A stretch of 64,000 nt of DNA from Candidatus Eiseniibacteriota bacterium (GTDB lineage Bacteria > Eisenbacteria > RBG-16-71-46 > CAZAMP01). Below the pieces are notes generated by a model that saw only the letters and a program-made list of their open reading frames with translations, was not told the origin of the DNA and searched no databases. Within the stretch, counting starts at the first letter, position 1, and every line of letters begins with the position of its first letter. The stretch spans positions 2,912,001-2,976,000 of the forward strand of contig OZ245046.1 in NCBI GenBank assembly GCA_965224245.1, written 5' to 3'. The position numbers and the translations under genes were made by a program. Positions 14,500 through 22,361 of this stretch are shown here, piece after piece.

Positions 14500-14545
14500 C
14501 GGACACCTCCTCACCGCCCCGGACCCGTTCGCGAGGCGTCACTCC

Positions 14546-14589
14546 GGTATACGTCGCGCCGGACGCTCACCCGGTAACACCTCTGTAAC
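14546..14589 (-). promoter_or_regulatory. Putative -10 (TATACC) with upstream GTTAC-N6-GTTAC direct repeat (OmpR/PhoB-type box)
   Basis: Plus-strand gtaac at 14574-78 and 14585-89 (11-bp period); ggtata at 14546-51. Confidence 0.5.
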
Positions 14590-14736
14590 GTCGGCGTCCC
14601 GGGTCCCGCGGCGCGCCCGTGGCGCCGGGACGCCCCCCTTTGGTCCTCGGTGGAGCGGGGTCCCCTCGGGAGCGCCACATGGCCTAGAATCCCGGGGTTT
14701 CCGCACGCGACGTCCCATCAGCCTGGAGGTAGTCCG

Positions 14737-16293
14737 ATGCCCCATTCGCGTCGCCGGTACCCGGCCGTCCGCCCCGGTGTGACCGCCGTCCTCGCGCTCG
14801 CTGTCACCTCGGTCGTTCCGGCGACCGCGGCGTGGAACACCGGCGTGGGGGGCAACGCGGCGCGCAGCTCGCTCGGCACGTCGGTGGGGCCGGCCACCCC
14901 CGAGATCCGCTGGGAGGGCAGCCGCCCCGGCATCGTCGCCCAGCAGGGCGTCGCCGACGGCGACCTCGTCGTCGTGAACCGGATCCAGAGCTTCACGATC
15001 CCGACCGGAACCTGGATCGTGGCCCACGAGCTGGCCGACGGCGCCGAGCGATGGGCGGTACAGCTCCCGTTCGACTTCCCTGCCACGTCCTGGCGAAGCC
15101 GCGTCAGCGCGATCCGTGACGGGCAGGTCTACGCCACGCGCTCGGGCAACACGAACGAGGACTATCTCTACGCGCTCTCGCCGGTGGACGGCTCGATCCT
15201 GTGGCGATCGGTGGACCTGATCGACGAGAGCACGACCGAGAGCCTCGCCTTCGCACCGAACGGCGACCTCGTGGCGGGCAACTTCTCGTCGCTGCTCCGG
15301 ATCTCGCGCGTCGACGGCACGACGGTGTGGGAGACGCCGCGCACGTGTCCCACGTCCGGGGGCTGTGAGGCGGCGATCTTCGGCGATCACGTGTACGTCT
15401 GGGAGGCCGGCGGCGCGGGCCCGATGATCACCGCGTTCGATCTGACGACCGGGGCGCGTCTGTACTCGAGCGCCGGGATCGGCGGGGGCTTCATCGAGCA
15501 GATCGGGCCGCTGTGCGGCCCCGACGGAACCGTGTACGCGCCGCGCGCGCAGAACAACCCCGCCACCGACTTCTTCGTCGCGCTCGAGGACACCGGATCG
15601 GGGTTCACCGAGAAGTGGCGGGTGCCGATGGGGTACGCGCCCTTCGCCTCGTTCGGCATCGGACCCGACGGCTCGGTGTACACCTATTCGCGCAGCCTGG
15701 AGATCCTTCGCCTGGACCCGGCGACCGGCGCCGTGCTCGACACGTCGTCGCCGATCCCGAGCGACGGCACGTTCTCGGCGCGCATCGCCATCGACACCAC
15801 GGGCAGCGTGTATCTGACGAACGGCGGCTTCTCGACGGGGGCGCTGTTCGCGTTCACCGCCGATCTGACGCCGCGGTGGTCGGTGGACGTGCCGAGTGTG
15901 AACGTGGGCGGTCCCGTCCTCACCGACGACGGAACGCTGATCGTCTGTGGAATCGGGGACGACGTGCGGGCCTATCGCTCCACCGGAGTCGGCGTCGCGA
16001 CGGCGAGCGGCGAGCCCGGCGCTCTCCGTCTCGCGGCGGCCAGCCCCAATCCGATGCGCACGGGCACCGAGATCGGATTCGAGATCGCGGGCGGCGAGCC
16101 GGCGTCGCTCCGGATCTACGACGCGCGAGGACGTCTCGTCCGGACCCTCCTCGATGGCGCACCGGTGCCCTCTGGACGCGCACGCTGGGATGGGCGTGAC
16201 GACGACGGCCACGCGGTGGCGCCGGGCGTGTACGTGTACGACCTGTCCACGAGCCGGGGACGTGCCTCACGCACGCTCGTTCTCGCCCGCTGA
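14737..16293 (+). CDS. Secreted PQQ-like beta-propeller protein with FlgD/Ig-like C-terminal domain
   Basis: RBS GGAGGT; signal peptide; repeats DG...W; tail PNPMR...IYDARGRLVRTL...WDGRDDDG..VAPGVY. Confidence 0.78.
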   Translation: MPHSRRRYPAVRPGVTAVLALAVTSVVPATAAWNTGVGGNAARSSLGTSVGPATPEIRWEGSRPGIVAQQGVADGDLVVVNRIQSFTIPTGTWIVAHELADGAERWAVQLPFDFPATSWRSRVSAIRDGQVYATRSGNTNEDYLYALSPVDGSILWRSVDLIDESTTESLAFAPNGDLVAGNFSSLLRISRVDGTTVWETPRTCPTSGGCEAAIFGDHVYVWEAGGAGPMITAFDLTTGARLYSSAGIGGGFIEQIGPLCGPDGTVYAPRAQNNPATDFFVALEDTGSGFTEKWRVPMGYAPFASFGIGPDGSVYTYSRSLEILRLDPATGAVLDTSSPIPSDGTFSARIAIDTTGSVYLTNGGFSTGALFAFTADLTPRWSVDVPSVNVGGPVLTDDGTLIVCGIGDDVRAYRSTGVGVATASGEPGALRLAAASPNPMRTGTEIGFEIAGGEPASLRIYDARGRLVRTLLDGAPVPSGRARWDGRDDDGHAVAPGVYVYDLSTSRGRASRTLVLAR

Positions 16294-16312
16294 CGGCCGG
16301 GGCCCCGGGATG

Positions 16313-16377
16313 CGACGAGCCCCCGCGAGGGCGCCTGCCTCGACGGGGCTCGTGTTCCCGGCGGACGGGGGCTCGTC
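16313..16377. terminator. GC-rich hairpin(s) between convergent genes
   Basis: gacgagccccc can pair with ggggctcgt or gggggctcgtc. Confidence 0.45.
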
Positions 16378-16894
16378 AGCGATAGACGCTCTTGATCTTG
16401 GCCCAGGTCGCGGACTCGACGGGGCTCGAGCAGTCCGGGTCGGCTCCGGTACGCGTGAGCGTGGAGACCGTCTCGGTGCAGCTGTCCGGAATCGAGCATC
16501 CGTCGTTGTAGTCGAACGTGAACGTCGACCCGCCCGTGGCCGTGTCGCCGGAGCGAACGGCGTCGATGGTGAGCGTCGTCACGAGGGTCGTGCAGCCCGG
16601 CAGCCCCTCGATGGGCGTCTCGCTCACGCACGTGATGTGGATCTCGGTGTCGGTGACGGTCCCCGAGCACTCCATGCCGTCGCCGTCACCTCCCAGGATC
16701 GACTCGCCCTCGCAGAAGTCGTCGGTGCCCGGCTCGGGCGTCCCGCCGCTCTCACCGCAGACGCGCGTGATCTCCTCGTAGTCCCAGACGCCTTCCCAGG
16801 CCAGCGGGAAGACGAGGTCTCCCGCCGCGCCGACCTGAGCGAGGCCGACCGAGGCGATCGCGGCCAGGCCCGCCGTGCGTAACCAACGTGTCAT
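16376..16894 (-). CDS. Small secreted Cys-containing protein with C-terminal PVESATWAKIKSVYR tail
   Basis: Signal peptide, acidic Cys-rich body, basic amphipathic tail. Confidence 0.75.
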   Translation of the reverse strand: MTRWLRTAGLAAIASVGLAQVGAAGDLVFPLAWEGVWDYEEITRVCGESGGTPEPGTDDFCEGESILGGDGDGMECSGTVTDTEIHITCVSETPIEGLPGCTTLVTTLTIDAVRSGDTATGGSTFTFDYNDGCSIPDSCTETVSTLTRTGADPDCSSPVESATWAKIKSVYR

Positions 16895-17011
16895 TCCAGC
16901 CCCCCGTTCGATTGGGCGGCGCGCGCGCTCGTCGCGCGGCCGCGGTGTGTCCCAATGGAATCAGAATATAGCAAATGCCCGATGGGTTACAAGTCGCTTC
17001 GCCTCGGGTCT

Positions 17012-20000
17012 CTAGGCAGGATCCGGACCGGTCTCGGCTCCCCCGGGATCCGACTCGGTGGCGGCGAGAGCCGTCGCGACGGCATCCGCGAGCGTCAGGC
17101 GGTGCCCCTCGGCGACCTCCCGGGCGAAAGCCGACTCGCCGAGCCGCTCGCGGAGCTTGCTCTCCTCGGCGTCCATCGCTCCGCGCTCGTTGGGGCTGGG
17201 AGGCGTCGCCAGTCGCTCGCGGAGCGCGGCCGCGGCGCCCAAGAGCCTCGCTCCCCGAGCCGCATCGCCGCGCGCGCCGCAGAGCGCCACGATCACCTCG
17301 AGCGACTCGACCAGCCCGGTGCGATCGCGAAGCTCGTGTCGAATGCGGGTGGATCGCCCGAGCAGCCTCGCCGCCTCGTCGATCTCTCCGAGACCGAGCG
17401 CCACCCGAGCGAGCCCCACGAGCGCCAGCGACACGCCGTACCGGTCGCCGACCTCCTCGAGCACCTCGAGGCTCTCCCGGTGAAAGCGCCGCGCTCCCTC
17501 GGGATCGCCCGACCAGTGCGCGACGTTGCCGAGGCTGTTGAGCGACATGCCCACGGCGGTGCGGTCGCCGGTGCCCCGCCGGATCTCGAGGCTTTCCTGG
17601 ACCAGCGCACGCGCCGCCGCGTAGTCCTGTCGGTTCTCCGCCACGAAGCCGAGGTTGTGAAGCGCCGTGGACGCCGCCCCGTCCTCGCCCAGCTCGCGGT
17701 TGATCGCCAGGCTCTCCTCGTAGAACGTCTGCGCGCGCGCGTAGTCGCCGCGGCGCTCGGCCACGTTGCCGAGGTTGTTCAGCGATCCCGCGATGCCGCG
17801 CCGGTGGTCCATCGCGCGTCTCGTCTCCAGCGCCCGGGTGTGGAGCGCCTCGGCACGATCCAGGTCGCCTTGCCAGAACGCCAGGTTGCCCGCGAGATTC
17901 TCGGTCGTCGCGAGGTCGAGCGTCGGCTGGGTGTTCTCGGCCGCGGTCAGCATCGCCTCGCAGCGCTCGCGAATCTCGCGCCACTGGCCCTCGAGGAACC
18001 AGAACCGGGCCAGCGGTCCGAGAAGGGTGACGCCCACCGACGGATCCTCGGTCACGGCCCAGTCGAGCGCGGCCCGGAGGTTCTCGGCGTCCGCGGTCAG
18101 CCGGTCCAGCCACGCGGCCTCGTCCTGACCCTTCAGCGCGGCCGAGGCCTCGGTGGCGATCTCGGCGAAGTGACACGCGTGGCGGCGCCGACGATCGGCG
18201 TCCTCGCCGCGCTCCTGCAGGCGCTCGCGCGCGTACTCGCGCACGGTCTCGAGCATCCGGTACCGGACGAAGCCGCCGCGCGTGCGGGTGCCCGGCTCGA
18301 ACTCGACCAGGGACTTGTCCACGAGATGCGAGTGCAGGTCGACGACGTCCCACTCGTCGATCCCGTCGCCGGCGCACACGGCCTCCGCCGTGCGCAGCGT
18401 CCACCCTCCGACCAGCACGGCCAGGCGGCAGAACAGGACCTGCTCGCGCGCGTCGAGGTGATCGTAGCTCCAGTCGATCAGCGTCCGGAGCGTGCGGTGC
18501 TGAGGGATGACCACCTTGCGCTCCTCGCCCAGCAGCCGGAACCGGTCGTCGAGCCGCGCGGCCACGTCGGTCACGTCCAGCGCGGTCGTGCGGGCGGCGG
18601 CCAGCTCCAGCGCGAGCGGAAGCCCGTCGAGGCGGCGACAGATCTGCGAGATCCAGGGGGCGTTCTCGGTGGTGAGTCGGAAGTCGCGGCGAGCCGCACC
18701 CGCCCGCTCGACGAACAGACGCACCGCGTCGACGCCCGCGAGCTCGTCCAGGGACGTGGCCCCGTTGGACCGCGGGAGCGCCAGCATCGGCAGCCGGTAG
18801 ATGCACTCACCGTCGAGCCCCAGCGGCTCGCGCGACGTGGCCAGGATCCGGACCCGCGTGCACCGGCGCAAGAGCGCGTCGGTCACCTCGGCGACCCCGG
18901 CGGCGACGTGCTCGCAGTTGTCCATCACCAGGAGCATCGCCCGTCCGGCGATCGACTCCACGATCGCCTCGATCACCCGCTGGCCGGGATCGGTCTCGAC
19001 CGCCAGCGCCTTTGCCACCGCTCCGGCGACCAGATCCGGCGCCGTCGAGGAGGCCAGCGGCACGACGGCCGCTCCGTCGGGAAACGACTCGACCATCCGG
19101 TGCGCGACTTCCACCGCCAGACGGGTCTTTCCGCCCCCGCCTACGCCCGTCAGCGTGACGAGCCGGTGCGCCGACAGCGCGTCGACGACGTCGCCGAGCT
19201 CGCGCTCGCGCCCCACGAAGCTCGTGAGCTGCTGGGGCAGATCGTGAACCGGATCGCTGCGGCGATCGCGCCCCGCGGCACGGGCTCTCGCGAACATGCG
19301 GCGAGCGACCTCCTCCTCGATCTCGCGGCGGGCGACCACGATCGAGTCGAGTCGGTGCTCGGGATCCTTCACCAGGCAGCGCGCCAGGAGCACGCGAAGC
19401 TGATCGGAGACGCCGGCCGACAGGACGTCCCAGTCGGGATCGACCTCCAGCGTGGCGGCCATGCGCGCCGGGTGATCGTCACCGGGAAACGCCCGGTGAC
19501 CGCTGAAGCACTCGTAAGCGACGCAGCCGAACGACCAGACGTCGGTGCGAACGTCGACCGGTCGATCGCGGATCTGCTCGGGGCTCATGTAGCCGGGTGT
19601 TCCGACCACGCGCGGCGCGCGCTCGCGCGCATCCTGTCCCGCCAGCGCCTTGGCCAGCCCGAAGTCGAGAATCTTCACCAGACCGTCGGGCGTGAGCATC
19701 ACGTTGGGCGGCTTCAGATCCCGATGGATGACGTCGCTCTTGTGGGCCGCTTCCAGGGCCTTGGCGATCTGGAGGCAGATCGAGAGCGCCCGGTCGACGG
19801 CCGGTGGCTCGCGCTCCAGGGACTCGGCCAGCGTCTCGCCGGGAACCAGCTCCATGGTCAGAAACGACGTGCCGCCCGCTGTCTCGAGCGAGTACACGGT
19901 GGCGATGTTCGCGTGATTGATCGAGGCGAGCAGGCGTGCCTCGCGCTCGAGCCGGGCGAGCGCGGACCGGTTGCGTGACACGGCGCTCGGCAGGGCCTTG

Positions 20001-20242
20001 AGCGCGATCCGGCGCTTGAGCTTGGGATCCTCGGCGATGAACACCCGGCCCATGCCGCCGCGTCCGGCCTCGCCCAGGATCGGATAGGAGCCGATCCGTT
20101 CCGGCAATGCCGATTCCTCGTCGGCCGAGTCCACGTCGAACACACCCGGCAGCGAGCGCGTGCGATCGGGATCGGAGTCCGCGCCGTGGCTCCTCCCGTG
20201 AGCGGGCTCGGATCGCTCGCCGGCCCGCCGTCTCCGTGACAT
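17012..20242 (-). CDS. Ser/Thr protein kinase - STAND/NB-ARC-type ATPase - TPR protein
   Basis: GRGGMG, HRDLKPPN, DFG; SFVGRERE, GVGGGGKT, DNCEH, LDGLPLALELAAAR; TPR repeats SLNNLG; RBS GGGAGGT before ATG 20242. Confidence 0.92.
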   Translation of the reverse strand: MSRRRRAGERSEPAHGRSHGADSDPDRTRSLPGVFDVDSADEESALPERIGSYPILGEAGRGGMGRVFIAEDPKLKRRIALKALPSAVSRNRSALARLEREARLLASINHANIATVYSLETAGGTSFLTMELVPGETLAESLEREPPAVDRALSICLQIAKALEAAHKSDVIHRDLKPPNVMLTPDGLVKILDFGLAKALAGQDARERAPRVVGTPGYMSPEQIRDRPVDVRTDVWSFGCVAYECFSGHRAFPGDDHPARMAATLEVDPDWDVLSAGVSDQLRVLLARCLVKDPEHRLDSIVVARREIEEEVARRMFARARAAGRDRRSDPVHDLPQQLTSFVGRERELGDVVDALSAHRLVTLTGVGGGGKTRLAVEVAHRMVESFPDGAAVVPLASSTAPDLVAGAVAKALAVETDPGQRVIEAIVESIAGRAMLLVMDNCEHVAAGVAEVTDALLRRCTRVRILATSREPLGLDGECIYRLPMLALPRSNGATSLDELAGVDAVRLFVERAGAARRDFRLTTENAPWISQICRRLDGLPLALELAAARTTALDVTDVAARLDDRFRLLGEERKVVIPQHRTLRTLIDWSYDHLDAREQVLFCRLAVLVGGWTLRTAEAVCAGDGIDEWDVVDLHSHLVDKSLVEFEPGTRTRGGFVRYRMLETVREYARERLQERGEDADRRRRHACHFAEIATEASAALKGQDEAAWLDRLTADAENLRAALDWAVTEDPSVGVTLLGPLARFWFLEGQWREIRERCEAMLTAAENTQPTLDLATTENLAGNLAFWQGDLDRAEALHTRALETRRAMDHRRGIAGSLNNLGNVAERRGDYARAQTFYEESLAINRELGEDGAASTALHNLGFVAENRQDYAAARALVQESLEIRRGTGDRTAVGMSLNSLGNVAHWSGDPEGARRFHRESLEVLEEVGDRYGVSLALVGLARVALGLGEIDEAARLLGRSTRIRHELRDRTGLVESLEVIVALCGARGDAARGARLLGAAAALRERLATPPSPNERGAMDAEESKLRERLGESAFAREVAEGHRLTLADAVATALAATESDPGGAETGPDPA

Positions 20243-20437
20243 CCGTACCTCCCGGTCGTCCCCGGGTCGGCTCACCGGGGCCCCGGCGCGCCGGAGGTCC
20301 AACGCCGGTCGAACCTCCCGTGCCCCGAGCTGCATCCATTCTACACGCCACGTCACGTGGATCCAGCCGGTCCCCGACCGGATGCGTTACCGTTACGAGG
20401 CTCATCCATACGACGTCAACACACGACGAGGTGCGAC

Positions 20438-21343
20438 ATGTCCCTTCGACCCATCAAACGCATCAGCCGCGCCCAGCCGGCCGTCGAGGGCGCCGGTGTC
20501 AATCTGTACCGCGCGTTCGGCCTCGGAGATCCCACGGAGACCGATCCGTTCCTGCTGCTCGACGACTTTCGCAACGACCGTCCCGAGGACTACATCGCCG
20601 GGTTCCCGTGGCACCCGCACCGGGGCATCGAGACGATCACGTACGTGCTGAAGGGCAGCGTCCGTCACGGAGACAGCCTGGGGAACAGCGGCGACCTCGG
20701 CGCGGGGGACGTCCAGTGGATGACGGCCGGCCGCGGCATCCTGCATCAGGAGATGCCCACCGGCGACGACGCGGGGCGCATGCACGGATTCCAGCTGTGG
20801 GCGAACCTGCCGTCGTCGCTGAAGATGACCACGCCGCGCTACCAGGACGTCGGGGCGGCCGACATCCCCGAGGTGACCGACGACGACGGCACCCGCGTGC
20901 GCGTCGTGTGCGGTGAGTTCTGGGGCAAGACCGGCCCGGTGGACGGGATCGCGGCCGACCCGCGCTACCTCGACGTGTCGGTGCCTCCGGGAACGCACAA
21001 GCGCCTTCCGGTCGCGACGTCGCGCCACGCGTTCGCGTACGTGTTCGAGGGGTCGGGCTCGTTCCGGGACGCGTCGGGGCCGAAGCCCGTTCTCACGGAG
21101 GTCGACGGCGTCGAGTCGTACAACACGCCGCACGACGCCGACAACCGGTCGCTGGTGCTGTTCGACAACGGCGACGAGGTCGTCGTCCAGGCCGGCCCCG
21201 AGGGAATCCGGTTTCTCCTCGTGTCGGGAAAGCCGCTCGGCGAGCCGGTGGCCTGGCACGGCCCGATCGTCATGAACACCCGGGCCGAGCTGCGTCAGGC
21301 GTTCCAGGATCTTCAGAACGGGACCTTCATCGATCCGCGCTGA
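20438..21343 (+). CDS. Pirin family protein
   Basis: DPFLLLD, HPHRGIETITY, QWMTAGRGILHQE, GPIVMNT. Confidence 0.95.
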   Translation: MSLRPIKRISRAQPAVEGAGVNLYRAFGLGDPTETDPFLLLDDFRNDRPEDYIAGFPWHPHRGIETITYVLKGSVRHGDSLGNSGDLGAGDVQWMTAGRGILHQEMPTGDDAGRMHGFQLWANLPSSLKMTTPRYQDVGAADIPEVTDDDGTRVRVVCGEFWGKTGPVDGIAADPRYLDVSVPPGTHKRLPVATSRHAFAYVFEGSGSFRDASGPKPVLTEVDGVESYNTPHDADNRSLVLFDNGDEVVVQAGPEGIRFLLVSGKPLGEPVAWHGPIVMNTRAELRQAFQDLQNGTFIDPR

Positions 21344-21887
21344 GTCGTCGGTCGCCTGCGTCGAGAATCCAGCGGAGGGGTCTCGCCGTCGCCGCGCCCA
21401 GCATGGCGCCGCCGAGGAACATGCCCACGAGGCCGGCCACGTCCTTGACGGCGCCGCGGCCGGCGTCCCCGACCGCGATGCAGGCGACCGGCAACATCCA
21501 GCCCACGGCCGACGCCGGAATCCACCAGGCGGCGCGCGCCGATACCGGGCGGAGCAGTCGCGACTGCCAGGTCCCGACCACGAGGCCGCCCACGGCGACG
21601 TAGGCCGGTAGCGCGTACGGGGTCGGGGTCCCCAGGAGGCGCAGCACGTCGTGAACGAGGAAGAGCCCTCCCATGCCGGCCGCCGACGCCACCGTCCACG
21701 GCCCCGGTCCGCCGAGCCACGGGGACAGCGCCCGCCCCTGCAGGTAGCCGACGCCGGCGCCGATGCCCACGCCGATGATGAACTGCACGCCGCCCATGAG
21801 CTCCCCCACGGGCGTCAGCGCCAGCATCACCACGAAGCCGAGGAGCCAGCCGAGAGTGGAGGCCCGAAGCCAGCGCAGGGTGGTCAT
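21327..21887 (-). CDS. Hypothetical membrane protein
   Basis: Multiple hydrophobic helices with a Q..L..W repeat pattern. Confidence 0.65.
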   Translation of the reverse strand: MTTLRWLRASTLGWLLGFVVMLALTPVGELMGGVQFIIGVGIGAGVGYLQGRALSPWLGGPGPWTVASAAGMGGLFLVHDVLRLLGTPTPYALPAYVAVGGLVVGTWQSRLLRPVSARAAWWIPASAVGWMLPVACIAVGDAGRGAVKDVAGLVGMFLGGAMLGAATARPLRWILDAGDRRLSADR

Positions 21888-22361
21888 CGGATGCCTCCCC
21901 GGGGCTCCCCGCTCGCCACCTCGTCACCCACCGCGAGCCGGCCGGCTCGTCGGGCCTTCGGGAACGTCGTCATGCGACGCCGTCGATGCGGTGACGTGCT
22001 CGCAGGCCCCCCCTCGCGTGTCGGCTGCGGGCTCCCGAGTGCCGTTCAGGAAGCCCTCGTCCGCTGCGCACATGATCGCGCGTCCGCCCCCACTTGCCAA
22101 GCACGTGCCCCGTCCGACCCCGTGACCACCGGGGTGACCGGCCCGCGAGCCGGCCACCCGGCTCGGGGAAACGGGCTCCTCCCGTCGAGGCCCCGGAACT
22201 CCCGCTCGGCTGTGATTCGCGACCCACCCGCGCGTCACATGTGGTTGGTGGGCGTACGGGCGAGCCCCGCCCTGCCGCGGCGGCACGCGAGTCGAGACCG
22301 GCGGCGATGCTCCGCGCTCGCGCTCGACACCGTCACGCCGACATCAGGAAGGGGATCGACC

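Noticed and set aside
16955-19978. 1007-aa plus-strand ORF
   Set aside because: Antisense shadow of the kinase-STAND-TPR gene; long stop-free frames are expected at this GC content
21651-22361. N-terminal extension of the 1232-aa ORF
   Set aside because: The signal peptide and a purine-rich RBS point to ATG 22362; the extension overlaps an opposite-strand gene
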